DNA of 64,000 nucleotides from Candidatus Poribacteria bacterium (GCA_965242965.1 OZ251518.1:5504001-5568000); one strand, 5' to 3'; shown: positions 1 through 10,274, numbered from the stretch's first letter. Translations and numbers: made by a program. The notes: generated by a model from the sequence alone, not told the origin.

Positions 1-53
1 GAATTGAAGGTTTGTCCGGTTCGATTAGAACCGATATAAACGGAGGTCCTGCG

Positions 54-362
54 ATGAATTGGAAATCACGTTGGACAGAACAGAGTGCGGATGTCAACGC
101 GCTCAAAAAGCAGTTGCAATCCGAAGGTTTCGATGCTTATCAGTGGACGGGCCGCCCCGGCGGTGCCTACCTCAACTATATCCATGCGCAAGACGAAGTC
201 GTCTGTGTGTTATCGGGGACTGCTGACGTTGAGGTGGCCGATGCGCACGGCACTGCCGAACCCGGCGACCGGATTGATGTCCCCGCGAATACCTACCACT
301 CCCTCACCGTCACGAGCGATGAGCCGCTGGTAGTTTTGACGGGGATGCGCCATTCGTTGTAA
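54..362 (+). CDS. cupin domain protein
   Basis: Cupin motifs HAQDEVVCVLSG and PGDRIDVPANTYH. ATG at 54 follows a GGAGG RBS. Confidence 0.8.
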   Translation: MNWKSRWTEQSADVNALKKQLQSEGFDAYQWTGRPGGAYLNYIHAQDEVVCVLSGTADVEVADAHGTAEPGDRIDVPANTYHSLTVTSDEPLVVLTGMRHSL

Positions 363-494
363 AGACGGCTGTCTATAGCCGCCAACTAATCACCATCGCG
401 AGGGACAGGTTTTCCCGCGCGCTACTACAATCATTCAGAATCCTCTCGGGGGAATCTGATGGAAAAGGACAGTTTCAGGATATGAGGCAAACGT

Positions 495-531
495 AATCTT
501 GCTAATCTTGCATAATCCTGGAAATCCTGCT
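495..531. repeat. 9-bp-period AATCYTG repeat
   Basis: aatcttgct aatcttgca taatcctgg aaatcctg. Same family at 3318, 35867, 41369-41717, ~59200 and ~59530. Confidence 0.8.
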
Positions 532-541
532 TGGAGAATTT

Positions 542-2032
542 ATGAACATTACCGTCAAAACCGGCGATTTTCGGCAAGAGGAGACAGGTGTCGTCGTCAT
601 CGGCATCCTCGAAAATCCGGATTTTTATAGTGGATACCTCCACCTTGCCGACGAGGCATTAGGCGGACGTATCCGTGAACTGATAGAGCTTGGCGACTTC
701 AAAGGCAAACTGAAAGACACCAGTCTGCTCTATACCCGCGGCGCGATGAAAACCCCGCGCGTCCTCTTGGTAGGGCTCGGTGCATATCACGAATTGACTG
801 TGGAGAAGGTGCGACAGGGGGCCGGCCACGCAGCGAAACACTTGCGGGACATAGGGTTGAAAACCGCAACGTTCCTCATCCCTGACGAAGTGCCAGAGCT
901 GGGGGCGATGGTGCAGGCGGCCGCCGAGGCGATTTTGCTTTCGCTTTACCAATTCAAGCAGCACAAAACCGTGCAGGAAGATGACGATGAGAAGGGACTT
1001 GAATCCATCACCTTCCTCGCCGAGAGTGCACCGAGCCAGCCTGTGGTGGAACGCGCTGTTCACCGCGGTCAAACCATCGCCGGCGGCACGATGCTCGCCC
1101 GCGATTTGAGCAATCAACCGGCGAACCATCTCACCCCGACGCAACTCGCCGAAACAGCAGAGACTGTCGCCGCTGATAACGGACTATGTTGCGAAGTGTT
1201 TGATAAAGCGACGTTGGAAGCGAAAGGTTTCCGCACACTCCTCGCCGTTGCACAGGGCAGCGTTGAGGAGCCACGGTTTATCATCTTGGAGTATACCCCC
1301 GAAGGCGAAGGACAAGATACCGTCGTCCTCGTCGGGAAAGGCATCACCTTTGATACCGGGGGGATTTCACTCAAGCCTGGGAAAGGCATGCACGAGATGA
1401 AGCACGACATGTCCGGGGCGGCCGCGGTCCTCGGCGCGATGCAGGTAATTGGACAGTTGAAACCTGACTTGCACGTCATCGGTCTCGTCGCCGCGACCGA
1501 GAATATGCCGAGTGGCACGGCGATTAAACCGGGCGATGTTGTCACCGCCTACGGTGGGAAGACGATCGAGATTCTCAACACCGATGCGGAGGGACGGCTT
1601 GTGTTGGCGGATGCACTCGGCTGGACAGCGCAGTATAACCCGCAAGGCGTAGTCGATCTGGCGACACTCACCGGTGCCGTGATTACGTGTCTTGGGCATG
1701 TCGCCGCCGGTGCGATGACCACGGATCCGGCGTTAATGGACAAAGTCAAGGCGGCCGCCGAGAAGACGCACGAGCGCGTTTGGGAATTGCCGCTCTGGGA
1801 CGATTACGATGAGGGAATCAAGAGCAAGGTTGCCGATGTGCAGAATATCGGCGATGGCACCGCTGGCACGATTGCGGGCGGCGCGTTCTTGAAGAAGTTC
1901 GTCGAAGATTACCCGTGGGTGCATCTTGACATCGCCGGCACGGCTTGGGGGATGAAGGGTTCTACCTATATTCCGGAGGGTGCTTCGGGTTATGGGGTGC
2001 GGTTGTTGGTGCAGTTGGTTGAGGATTGGTAG
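542..2032 (+). CDS. pepA: leucyl aminopeptidase (M17)
   Basis: VGKGITFDTGG, MKHDMSG and NTDAEGRLVLAD motifs. Confidence 0.97.
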   Translation: MNITVKTGDFRQEETGVVVIGILENPDFYSGYLHLADEALGGRIRELIELGDFKGKLKDTSLLYTRGAMKTPRVLLVGLGAYHELTVEKVRQGAGHAAKHLRDIGLKTATFLIPDEVPELGAMVQAAAEAILLSLYQFKQHKTVQEDDDEKGLESITFLAESAPSQPVVERAVHRGQTIAGGTMLARDLSNQPANHLTPTQLAETAETVAADNGLCCEVFDKATLEAKGFRTLLAVAQGSVEEPRFIILEYTPEGEGQDTVVLVGKGITFDTGGISLKPGKGMHEMKHDMSGAAAVLGAMQVIGQLKPDLHVIGLVAATENMPSGTAIKPGDVVTAYGGKTIEILNTDAEGRLVLADALGWTAQYNPQGVVDLATLTGAVITCLGHVAAGAMTTDPALMDKVKAAAEKTHERVWELPLWDDYDEGIKSKVADVQNIGDGTAGTIAGGAFLKKFVEDYPWVHLDIAGTAWGMKGSTYIPEGASGYGVRLLVQLVEDW

Positions 2033-2047
2033 ATTTCTCTGCGGAAA

Positions 2048-2073
2048 TGGAGGGGTTTCCCGAAACCCCTCCA
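2048..2073. terminator. perfect hairpin between convergent genes
   Basis: TGGAGGGGTTTC-CC-GAAACCCCTCCA. The arms resemble the MITE TIR. Confidence 0.6.
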
Positions 2074-2086
2074 CCGTTCCACATCG

Positions 2087-3055
2087 CTATTTCTTCTTCA
2101 GTTCTCCCCATGTTGTCGTTAACTGGGACGCTTGAGGTTCAACTGGAAAAGAAGATGGATGCCACCAGTCCGGGTCCTCATTATTTGTTGAATCCGAACT
2201 AGAGGTGAGTCGCTGCCAATTGTTAGTCCCTCGCGTTATTTTGTAGATATGCTCGGTCTCGGTAACAAACATATCAAACACTGTCACAAGGAGTTCGCCA
2301 CCGTACGGAGCAACAGCAGGACTGTATACGAAATGATCTTCCCACCAATTCAGGACTGTCGCTTCTCCACCCCAACGGGGCACAGAATAAATCCCATCGT
2401 AGGTAGTCCATAGCCATGAAAAAACGATGTAGTTACTTTGTGGCCCCCATGCAGGATCCGAGATCGTAGCATCAGCAGTGCCACGGACAATTCTCCTTTT
2501 GATGCCCGTTTGGACGTTAATAACGTAAAGAGAAGCTCCCGTGTAAACGTTAAATCTGGAACCTCCGCTAATAAACGCTATATGTGTTCCATCTGGGGAC
2601 CAGGCGGGATTTGCTCCGGTAACGAGAAACTCCGAAGCACCCGTGAATCGGTTGTAGATGTAGATATCCTCCTCGTTCCACGAGTAAGCGATTCTTCGTC
2701 CATCTGGTGCCCACGTCGGCGATGTCCTATGGCCTGAATTCCGTCTCACTCTCCGTTGGTTGCTCCCGTTGGCATTCATAATATACACATCGGGTTGCCC
2801 ACCGCGTTCGGAGACAAAGAGAATCTCTGTTCCATCGGGAGACCATGTCGGATCGTAATCGTCCGCGAGATCCGTGGTTAAGATGGTTAGCCCATCTCCG
2901 TTCGGTCCCATAGAACAAATGTCTAAATCGCCAAGGTTGCAGGTATACACGATTTTGCCGCTTTCCCAGATGCTGGCGAAAACGGGTGAGCAAATGCTTG
3001 CATACCCTAATGCCAAGGCGATGACACAAAACGCGAGATACCGCGTAACTTTCAT
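2087..3055 (-). CDS. secreted TolB-like/PD40 beta-propeller protein
   Basis: Signal peptide, repeated PTWSPDG/PAWSPDG motifs, C-terminal VEPQASQLTTTWGELKKK. Confidence 0.85.
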   Translation of the reverse strand: MKVTRYLAFCVIALALGYASICSPVFASIWESGKIVYTCNLGDLDICSMGPNGDGLTILTTDLADDYDPTWSPDGTEILFVSERGGQPDVYIMNANGSNQRRVRRNSGHRTSPTWAPDGRRIAYSWNEEDIYIYNRFTGASEFLVTGANPAWSPDGTHIAFISGGSRFNVYTGASLYVINVQTGIKRRIVRGTADATISDPAWGPQSNYIVFSWLWTTYDGIYSVPRWGGEATVLNWWEDHFVYSPAVAPYGGELLVTVFDMFVTETEHIYKITRGTNNWQRLTSSSDSTNNEDPDWWHPSSFPVEPQASQLTTTWGELKKK

Positions 3056-3159
3056 AAAAATTCCTCCTATTGATTCATTAATACGCTAACCAAATTGTGT
3101 TAACAATAGACATGACACGACGCGTGGAATTAGCATTCCTCGCGTAAGAAAAAAGATTT

Positions 3160-3300
3160 TCGGGCTCAGGCGAGCCCGAACTACAGTGGTGAATCGGTTG
3201 CCGCGCAAGGGACAGGCCCTCGCGCCGGTAACTTTCTGGTAGGCGCGGTTTCAAACCGCGCCTACCCGCTTCGTCCAGTGGCAACCCCAGGTCTGCTACA
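3160..3300. repeat. REP-like hairpin cluster
   Basis: GGTAGGCGCGGTTTCAAACCGCGCCTACC and GGGACAGGCCCTCGCG units. Confidence 0.75.
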
Positions 3301-3315
3301 GGAAACCCAAGTGTA

Positions 3316-4176
3316 CTAATCTTGTAAATCCTGGAAATCTTGTAAATCCTGCTTGACGAACGCAACGAGATGCACTACAAGTTGCTCTGTATCGGGAAAT
3401 TCGGCGAACGTTCTGTCGCGGAGTGCGTCCTCCAACTCCGTAACATAGCGGTTCTCTTCCTGAAGCCCGATATCCTGCCGCCACTGTTTCAAGGCGGTGC
3501 GTTCGCCGGTGCGGAGATATTGCAAGAGCGCATTGATGACTTGTTTGTGGACATCCACGGCGCGAATGTGTTCGTTCGCATCGCCCGTGAACGTGATGTA
3601 GAAGTTGCCATCAAGGTTGCACCACTCCGTGATACCGGCGCGGGCGAAAATCGTCAGTTTGTTTCGGGTAATTCCGAGCGAGTGTTCCCACGGTTCTAAC
3701 TCCGAAAGTAGGTATTGAACCGTTTGCGGCTCACTCAGAATTTGAGACTGGGAGAGCTCTCCTACTGCACAAGTGCCGTTGAGAGGTGCTGTCCTTCCGA
3801 GATGGTAACGAAAATACCTGAATTTAAACCCGGTTATCGTCGTGTTGAGCAGCGCGTTGGCGTAGAGCGTTTTCGCCGGTTTCCCTATCGGCTCAAAGTG
3901 CTTAAGAAAGATTTTCTCGATCTGCGTCAGGAGAGCAAGCGGTTCACCTTCGCCTGCAGATTCTTCGAGAGCTTCAATGACACTGGGGACAACGCCAAAG
4001 AGTTCCGCAAATTCCGCTCGGGACCACCCGATGGCTTGGCGTAAATCGTAAACGTGTTGCGCGATTCCGCCGTTGATTTCCGCTGTGTCTAGCAAGACAA
4101 GCATCTCGGGATCCTCATTAAAATAGAGTTTGTCCATAATCTCAATAGCATCCGTAATCTTCCTATTTTCAGCCAT
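3316..4176 (-). CDS. HigA/XRE-type HTH antitoxin-like protein with C-terminal extension
   Basis: ITDAIEIMDKLY...IAQHVYDLRQAIGWSRAEFAELFG helix-turn-helix. GGAGG RBS precedes the ATG at 4176. The last residues QDLQDFQDLQD* are encoded by the AATCYTG repeat. Confidence 0.7.
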   Translation of the reverse strand: MAENRKITDAIEIMDKLYFNEDPEMLVLLDTAEINGGIAQHVYDLRQAIGWSRAEFAELFGVVPSVIEALEESAGEGEPLALLTQIEKIFLKHFEPIGKPAKTLYANALLNTTITGFKFRYFRYHLGRTAPLNGTCAVGELSQSQILSEPQTVQYLLSELEPWEHSLGITRNKLTIFARAGITEWCNLDGNFYITFTGDANEHIRAVDVHKQVINALLQYLRTGERTALKQWRQDIGLQEENRYVTELEDALRDRTFAEFPDTEQLVVHLVAFVKQDLQDFQDLQD

Positions 4177-4727
4177 TGTCAACCTCCAGAATATGTAGCA
4201 TCGGATTTTGCTCAAACTGCCGTTTGCGTTTTAGCGCGAGTTATTTGAGGGTGTTTCATAAATTGCTCAACGTCGCGGTGACAGGCCCCGCGCTGCGGTG
4301 CGGCTGTGTCTCCCTACAAAGTAGGGAGGAAGACAGGCGTGAAAAAAACGCCGCCCCTTCCCGTAGGGCGAGGGCCTGTCCCTCGCCATGCGTTTGGAAA
4401 CCGTGGCATCTACCCCCAAGCCCCCGGGGGTTTCCAAAGGGTGAATGCCTGCAGTCCTCATCACCCCGGTAGTGCAGGATCGCCAGATCCTGACCCGTTT
4501 TACCGGGGTGGAAGGCGATCCCGCACTACAGCGGTGGGCCCGATGCCTTCCGGTATTCGCCCGCTCTCCAAGGCGGGATACATTGCGTAATGCGTATACC
4601 CCCCCTAAAGGGAGTTATACGCAACCGAAACGGCGTTAGGAAACACCCTCAGTTATTTCACGTTGGGGGACAGCCGCGGTTTTCTTGGCAATACCGTGTG
4701 TGAGAACAGCGGTTTCACCGTGCTAGA
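4170..4727 (-). pseudogene. 3' fragments of a RelE/HigB (Gp49-like) toxin, split by a MITE
   Basis: HGETAVLTHGIAKKTAAVPQREI (~4721-4653) and LALKRKRQFEQNPMLHILEVDNG* (~4240-4170), the latter overlapping the antitoxin start. Contains an in-frame stop and a frameshift. Confidence 0.7.
4247..4650. mobile_element. MITE copy 1 (TIR GAGGGTGTTTC...GAAACACCCTC)
   Basis: 8-bp target duplication AGTTATTT at 4239-4246 and 4651-4658. Interior is built from REP hairpins. Confidence 0.9.
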
Positions 4728-4782
4728 AAGCGAGGAAAAACTGTAAAGACCCCGGTTAAAAACCGCGCCTAACGCCTTCGTT

Positions 4783-5019
4783 TTACGTAAGTCCCATGTG
4801 TCTACGACTTCGAGGTGAAAGCTCCCAAACACCATAAGGGGAATCTTCGCGCAAGAAACCTTCCCTTACCAACTTCTCGCGCATATTATCGCAGTAAATC
4901 TTCCAATTTCTCTGCCCATAATCTTCCATCATGCGTTCTGCCGCTTTTAGAACCACCGGGGTGTTTAAAACCTCGGGTCTCGTAACTCTGCCATTATAGG
5001 CAGGCGTTTTGGGATTATT
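4783..5019 (-). pseudogene. Mrr N-terminal-like winged-helix domain, out of frame with the upstream GmrSD gene
   Basis: NWKIYCDNMREKLVREGFLREDSPYGVWELSPRSR resembles Mrr_N. The frame opens 1 nt off the GmrSD stop. Confidence 0.55.
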
Positions 5020-6721
5020 TCACTTCAAGCGACCGGTAAACCTGCTTGATTTTGGCCGCCATCAGTTCGGCGCGTTTGGAGAGGAATTCCTCATAGGGCA
5101 TGCTGCCCGCACCACTCGGTATACAGTGCTGTTCCATGTGTTCAACACCTTCAAGTGGATTGAGTTTATATGCATCGTCAATATAGGTATGGAACGGCGT
5201 ATCCCGAATTGCGAGGTTGTCGGATTGCGTCGTTATAGCCATATTGGGAATCGCGCTCCGTAACTTTTCGTCAATACCTTCTTCGCGCAGTGTTTTCTGA
5301 GGGTAGATGTGGTGCCATTGCAGGGTGTCGCGATTCTGTGGCAAGGCTACCACGGAATCAGTGCTGAAGAGTGCGGTATCTTCAGATAGGGCTTGCACAG
5401 CTTGCCAGACTTGCCATTCACGATTCCGGCGCAGTGCCTTCTTTTTGATGAGCCGCGCCGGCAGCTCCACTTTGAAGAAGTCGTCAGTGGTAAAGGCTGC
5501 CATCCCATCAATGTAGTCGTGTGGGTTTTCTGCCGTGCTGAAGCCGCGAACCGCCTCGCGGACTTCAGGTCTACCTCGCAAGGTACCTTGGAGGTTTTTC
5601 GCGAGTAACCACCGGTAAATCAACGTCTTAATGCTCTCAATGTCCATTCGGCGTTCAAGACAGCAGTGGAGGTATAACCAGTAGGCTACGCTCGCTTGTT
5701 GATCCGCTATGAACATGCGCATGGGATGCATCAGTTCATTGAATTCGGTGAAGTGTGCCTCGGACACAATTGCCTTGATTGCGGCGCGGAGGGCGGTAGT
5801 TGGCTCTTCGGCATCTCTGCTCGTTGGCGACATTTTCCCGATGATACTGTCAAGATTGGCCGTACCGAAGACGCGCCAGATAAGTACTGAGCCGACATCT
5901 GCTTTGTCGGGATGGTAGGCATAGTAACTCCAGTTTTTGTAATCGTGCATCCACTCCAACGTGGTGTAGAGCGGATGCCTCTCGCCTATCTCACAGCGGC
6001 GGCGGGCTTCGGCGGGGTTTTGGAGTCCTAGACAGAAACGAACGATAGTCTCCGCGACTTCGGGGTGATGCGTTTGCAATTCGGCGAGGCAGATTTGTAT
6101 CGCCTCAACCCGTGTCGGACTTTCGTTGACTTGCCGAAACACCTCATAGACATGTGGATACGGCATGTTTTCCCAGATTTGGAAGACACCAATTTTGTTG
6201 GATCTGATGTCTACCAACTTGTCAATGTTTTCTTCAGCACTTTCGCTTTCCTCGTCGGAGAGCCAATTTTGATCGCAGTAGGCTTTCCGAATTTTCCGTT
6301 TTTCTCCGTTGAACAACGGGGAAATGTCGGGAATCCATGCTTCGAGTTTCATATGCTTTTTCCGCGAGAGTGCGAACTCACCGGTTAGCGGGTTGAAGGC
6401 AATACCGATGCGCTTTTGCTCGTAGTCCTCTGTCAGCACTGTGTTGCCGAGTAAGGCGGTGTTCATCGCGGCGAGCCGCTGCTGTCCATCAATGACGAGC
6501 CAGTTTTCGCCGGTAGACTGGTTTCCGTTGCGCAACAGAATACCGTCTTGTTTCCAGATACAGAGCGTGCCAAGCGGGATACCTTGGTACGCGCTTTCCA
6601 CGAGCCGTAAGATCTGCTTGTCTTTCCACACAAACGGACGTTGGAGCGCGGGAATTTCGTACCTCTCGCTGCGGAGAGCTTCTATGACATCCGCTAAGTT
6701 TTGGGTTTCAAGATTATACAT
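5015..6721 (-). CDS. GmrSD-type (DUF262 + HNH) modification-dependent restriction endonuclease
   Basis: IPALQRPFVW and VIDGQQRL (DUF262). C-terminal WHHIYP...NMAITTQSDN (HNH). AAGGAG RBS precedes the ATG at 6721. Confidence 0.85.
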   Translation of the reverse strand: MYNLETQNLADVIEALRSERYEIPALQRPFVWKDKQILRLVESAYQGIPLGTLCIWKQDGILLRNGNQSTGENWLVIDGQQRLAAMNTALLGNTVLTEDYEQKRIGIAFNPLTGEFALSRKKHMKLEAWIPDISPLFNGEKRKIRKAYCDQNWLSDEESESAEENIDKLVDIRSNKIGVFQIWENMPYPHVYEVFRQVNESPTRVEAIQICLAELQTHHPEVAETIVRFCLGLQNPAEARRRCEIGERHPLYTTLEWMHDYKNWSYYAYHPDKADVGSVLIWRVFGTANLDSIIGKMSPTSRDAEEPTTALRAAIKAIVSEAHFTEFNELMHPMRMFIADQQASVAYWLYLHCCLERRMDIESIKTLIYRWLLAKNLQGTLRGRPEVREAVRGFSTAENPHDYIDGMAAFTTDDFFKVELPARLIKKKALRRNREWQVWQAVQALSEDTALFSTDSVVALPQNRDTLQWHHIYPQKTLREEGIDEKLRSAIPNMAITTQSDNLAIRDTPFHTYIDDAYKLNPLEGVEHMEQHCIPSGAGSMPYEEFLSKRAELMAAKIKQVYRSLEVK

Positions 6722-7058
6722 GTTATCTCCTTCATACCCCAAGTTGCCGCCTAAAAAGAGTCAGTGTCCCAGGGGTTTGGCATAAACGTTCATGAGACTT
6801 CTGATAGAGTTTTACTAAAAATTGAAGATCAGGCCAATTTCGGTTTCAGAATCACCAAATAAAGGGAGACGCATCCGTGCTCCCTATTTGGGTGGATGCG
6901 CTTCCTGTAACGGAGAATGACGTTCAGAAGCGGCGGCTGTCCCGCGGCGGCGGGAAGCAGCCTTCTCAACGTTTCCTTGTGCGCAGCACTAGCGAAAACG
7001 GTTCGTCCCGGCGGGACCAAGTTTCTCGCAAAGCGCACCGAGGCCAATCTCGTAAATC

Positions 7059-7226
7059 TCAAGATTCGTCATCTTTAAGATTTCGGTATGTCCAACCTGA
7101 CTCTTCCAGCTGCCTTATCGCCTTGCGGCATTCTGCTTTGGAAATTTTCGGCAGCGAGTTCAGCCACCGTTGCATTGGGACCTGGCCGCTCGGTTCTCGA
7201 TAGTAAACAATTCGTGTCTGTGCCAT
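7059..7226 (-). pseudogene. 5' fragment of a RelE/HigB (Gp49-like) toxin
   Basis: MAQTRIVYYREPSGQVPMQRWLNSLPKISKAECRKAIRQLEESG followed by a premature stop. Confidence 0.7.
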
Positions 7227-7313
7227 AGAGACAATTTACCATATCTCGCAATTTTTGGCAATTCGCTTAAAAACCGGAAGAGACTGCACAAGCCTCTTCC
7301 GGGGAATCGCAGC

Positions 7314-8873
7314 TCATCGCTCTGTCCGAAGTTGAATCAACTTATTGACAGCATGGATGTATGCCTTGGCACTCGCTTCGATAATGTCCGTGCTCGCGCC
7401 AGTGCCGGTGATGATATGTCCATTGTCCTGCACCTTCAGCGAAACCTCGCCGATGGCATCCTCGCCTTCTGTCACCGAACGGATTTGATAGTCGATCAGG
7501 TTCAGTTGGATGTCAACAATCTGTCCGATCGCTTTGAAGGCGGCATCAACCGGTCCGTCGCCGGTAGAGGCGTTCTCAACAACGCCGTCCTCTGTCTTAA
7601 CACCCACAGTAGTCGTAGGCGAGATTTTGGTGCCGCTCACGACCTGGATGTAATCCAATTCAAACACTGAAGGCACGGCGCGGATTTCGTCGCTCATAAT
7701 CGCCTCGAGGTCTGCGTCGTGGACAGCCTTTTTCTTGTCTGCCACCTGCAAGAAGCGTTCATAGACTTTGTCCAGCTGCGCCGGTGGCACCTCATACCCG
7801 AGTTCACTGAGACGATGCTTGAGCGCGTTGCGTCCGGAGCGCGGACTCAGAATCAACTGGCTCTCCTTCCAGCCTATCTCCTTCGGATCGATGATTTCAA
7901 AGGTGACGCGCGACTTAATGATACCGTCCTGATGGATGCCGGAGCTGTGCGCGAATGCATTCGCCCCGACAATCGCCTTGTTTGGTTGCACTGCGATGCC
8001 CATCGTGCGGCTCACGCGCCGACTAATCGGCACGATTTCTTTCGCGTTAATGTCGGTATAGTAGCCTTTGAAATAATCGCGGCGGGTGCGGATTGCCATG
8101 ACAACTTCTTCCAAGGAGGTATTCCCCGCGCGCTCGCCGAGGCCGTTGATAGTGCACTCCACCTGCCGCGCTCCCTGCTCAATAGCCTCAAGACTATTCG
8201 CAACAGCGAGCCCTAAATCGTTGTGGCAGTGAACGCTGATAATCGCATCGTCAATATTCGGGACATGCTTCCTGATGCCCGCGATAAGTTCCCCGAATTC
8301 AGCCGGCACCGTCCAGCCGACGGTTTCCGGAATATTGATAACCGTCGCGCCCGCCGCAATAGTGGCTTCTACGACCTTATAGAGGAACGCCGGTTCGGTG
8401 CGTCCGGCATCCATCGGCGAGAATTCGACGGTGGCATCGGGGTGCCCGGCGCACAAACTCTTCGCGTAAGCGACAGCGTCAACAGCCATCCGCAGTGTAT
8501 CTTCCGGTGTAGTCCGCGTAATGCGTCCCATGTGGATAGGCGAGGTGCCAACGAAGGTATGGATGCGGGCGCGCGGCGCGTCCTGAATCGCTCGCCACGC
8601 CGCCGTGATGTCCTTTTCCACGACGCGGGCGAGCCCGCAAATCTCGGGTCCCGTCACTTCATTGGCGATGCGTTGCACTGCCTCAAAATCGCCTGGCGAG
8701 GAGATAGGAAAGCCTGCCTCGATGACATCGACGTTCAGTTTGGCGAGGTGTTTTGCAATCTCCAGTTTTTCTTCGATTCCCAGTGCGGCACCGGGCGTTT
8801 GCTCGGCATCGCGCAGTGTGGTATCAAAAATGTAAATCTTTTCTTGTGGTTGGTTCTCTTCAAAATTATCCAC
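7314..8873 (-). CDS. leuA: 2-isopropylmalate synthase
   Basis: IFDTTLRD, HCHNDLG, GERAGN and HQDG motifs plus the regulatory domain. GTG start at 8873 after AGAGGA. The upstream ORF extension is REP-derived. Confidence 0.95.
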   Translation of the reverse strand: MDNFEENQPQEKIYIFDTTLRDAEQTPGAALGIEEKLEIAKHLAKLNVDVIEAGFPISSPGDFEAVQRIANEVTGPEICGLARVVEKDITAAWRAIQDAPRARIHTFVGTSPIHMGRITRTTPEDTLRMAVDAVAYAKSLCAGHPDATVEFSPMDAGRTEPAFLYKVVEATIAAGATVINIPETVGWTVPAEFGELIAGIRKHVPNIDDAIISVHCHNDLGLAVANSLEAIEQGARQVECTINGLGERAGNTSLEEVVMAIRTRRDYFKGYYTDINAKEIVPISRRVSRTMGIAVQPNKAIVGANAFAHSSGIHQDGIIKSRVTFEIIDPKEIGWKESQLILSPRSGRNALKHRLSELGYEVPPAQLDKVYERFLQVADKKKAVHDADLEAIMSDEIRAVPSVFELDYIQVVSGTKISPTTTVGVKTEDGVVENASTGDGPVDAAFKAIGQIVDIQLNLIDYQIRSVTEGEDAIGEVSLKVQDNGHIITGTGASTDIIEASAKAYIHAVNKLIQLRTER

Positions 8874-8911
8874 GAGTTTTTCCTCTTTGTTGTTCGCGAT
8901 GCGGCGGTATT

Positions 8912-9152
8912 CCGGTAGGCGAGACCTCCCGGTCTCGATGCACACCCGGACCTGAACTACAGGCGGCGCGCACTTGAGCCCTGTAGTTCGGGATCGCCTG
9001 ATCCCGAACGGGTCAAGCCGGTCTGGCAGCATCGAGACCCGGAGGTCTCGCCTACTGGGGATGCATCGAGACTAGGAAGTCTCTCCTACTGGGAGACATC
9101 GAGACCCGGAGGTCTCTCCTACCGGGAAGACATTGCTATATGAAATACCCTC
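8912..9152. repeat. REP cluster with a single MITE end
   Basis: GTAGGCGAGACCTCCCGGTCTCGATG and inverted copies. TATGAAATACCCTC at ~9139-9152. Confidence 0.8.
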
Positions 9153-9154
9153 AC

Positions 9155-10171
9155 TTATATCTCCCTGCCGACAGCGATGGCAATCGGTTTCAGTTCCTGC
9201 ATGAGTTGCGTGAACTGGGCTGGGAACAACGACTGCGCGCCATCGCCTGTCATGGAATGGTCCGGATCGTGATGCACTTCTAGCAACAGTCCATCAGCAC
9301 CGGAGGCGACAGAGGCTTTCGTCATATCACTGACGAGGCTCCGGATGCCGGTACCGTGGCTCGGGTCAACGATAATAGGCAGGTGGCTCAATTCATGAAC
9401 AACCGGCACAGCGTTGAGATCGAGCGTGTTGCGGGTGTGCGTCTCAAAGGTGCGGATGCCGCGCTCACACAGAATCACATCCGGGTTCCCTTCGGCGAGG
9501 ATATATTCTGCGGCGAGCAGCCACTCCTCAATCGTTGAAGCCAATCCGCGCTTGAGGATAACAGGCTTCTGCGCTCTGCCTACCTCACGCAGCAAGTAGA
9601 AATTCGTCATATTCCGGGTCCCCAGTTGGAACACGTCTGTCCATTCCCCGACGAGCTCCACTTCGTGCGGTGTCATCACTTCGGTGACGATACTCAACCC
9701 AGTTTCCTCTTTAGCGGCATTGAGCATCTGCAGCGCGCTTTTGCCGTAGCCTTGGAAACTATAGGGGCCAGTGCGCGGTTTGAATGCGCCGCCGCGGATA
9801 AAAGACGCACCCGCGTCCTTCACCAATCTCGCGATGGTGACAATCTGTTCGGTGCTCTCCACGGCACACGGGCCGGCGATGACAGGGAGCTGTCTCCCAC
9901 CAAACTTCGTGCCGTTGACAGCGATGATAGTGGGTTCCTCCCGAAACTGGCGGCTCGCCAATTTAAACGGAGCGGTGATGGGCATCGTCCGTTCAACACC
10001 GGACATTGACTCGATTGGAATGTCGCCGAGTCGCGATTTATCGCCGATGACACCGATGACGGTGTGCTGTTCGCCGGTTGAGATTTGCGCTTTCAACCCC
10101 GCTGCCTCGATGCGTTTGACAACTGCGCCGATTTGTTCCTCTGTTGCATCTGTCGTGGTAACGATTACCAT
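9155..10171 (-). CDS. aroF: 3-deoxy-7-phosphoheptulonate (DAHP) synthase, type I-beta with N-terminal regulatory domain
   Basis: [27 protein letters not shown] and DPSHGTG motifs. Start MVIVTT at 10171. Confidence 0.95.
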   Translation of the reverse strand: MVIVTTTDATEEQIGAVVKRIEAAGLKAQISTGEQHTVIGVIGDKSRLGDIPIESMSGVERTMPITAPFKLASRQFREEPTIIAVNGTKFGGRQLPVIAGPCAVESTEQIVTIARLVKDAGASFIRGGAFKPRTGPYSFQGYGKSALQMLNAAKEETGLSIVTEVMTPHEVELVGEWTDVFQLGTRNMTNFYLLREVGRAQKPVILKRGLASTIEEWLLAAEYILAEGNPDVILCERGIRTFETHTRNTLDLNAVPVVHELSHLPIIVDPSHGTGIRSLVSDMTKASVASGADGLLLEVHHDPDHSMTGDGAQSLFPAQFTQLMQELKPIAIAVGREI

Positions 10172-10234
10172 GATTTCCAATTTCCCTTTTTCGTCTTTCG
10201 CAATGCGTGGCTCCGCGCCACGCGTCCTTCCGTT

Positions 10235-10274
10235 AAAAAAAATACCCAACATCGAACGGATTTCGACGTTGGGT
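10235..10274 (-). terminator. attenuator terminator upstream of aroF
   Basis: ACCCAACGTCGAA-ATCCG-TTCGATGTTGGGT, then A and T8, on the minus strand. Confidence 0.8.

Noticed and set aside
4176-4639. Short ORFs with RGTGPRPT / ARGPVPR / GEGQALAL peptides (also ~17000, 21800-22240, 24000-24570, 27325-27840, 35400-35800, 55134, 56700, 58815)
   Set aside because: They are translations of REP/MITE DNA with no RBS or family motifs.
6877-7075. Possible small gene MTNLEIYEIGLGALCEKLGPAGTNRFR* on the minus strand
   Set aside because: It is interrupted by a stop after 27 codons and I cannot assign a family with confidence.
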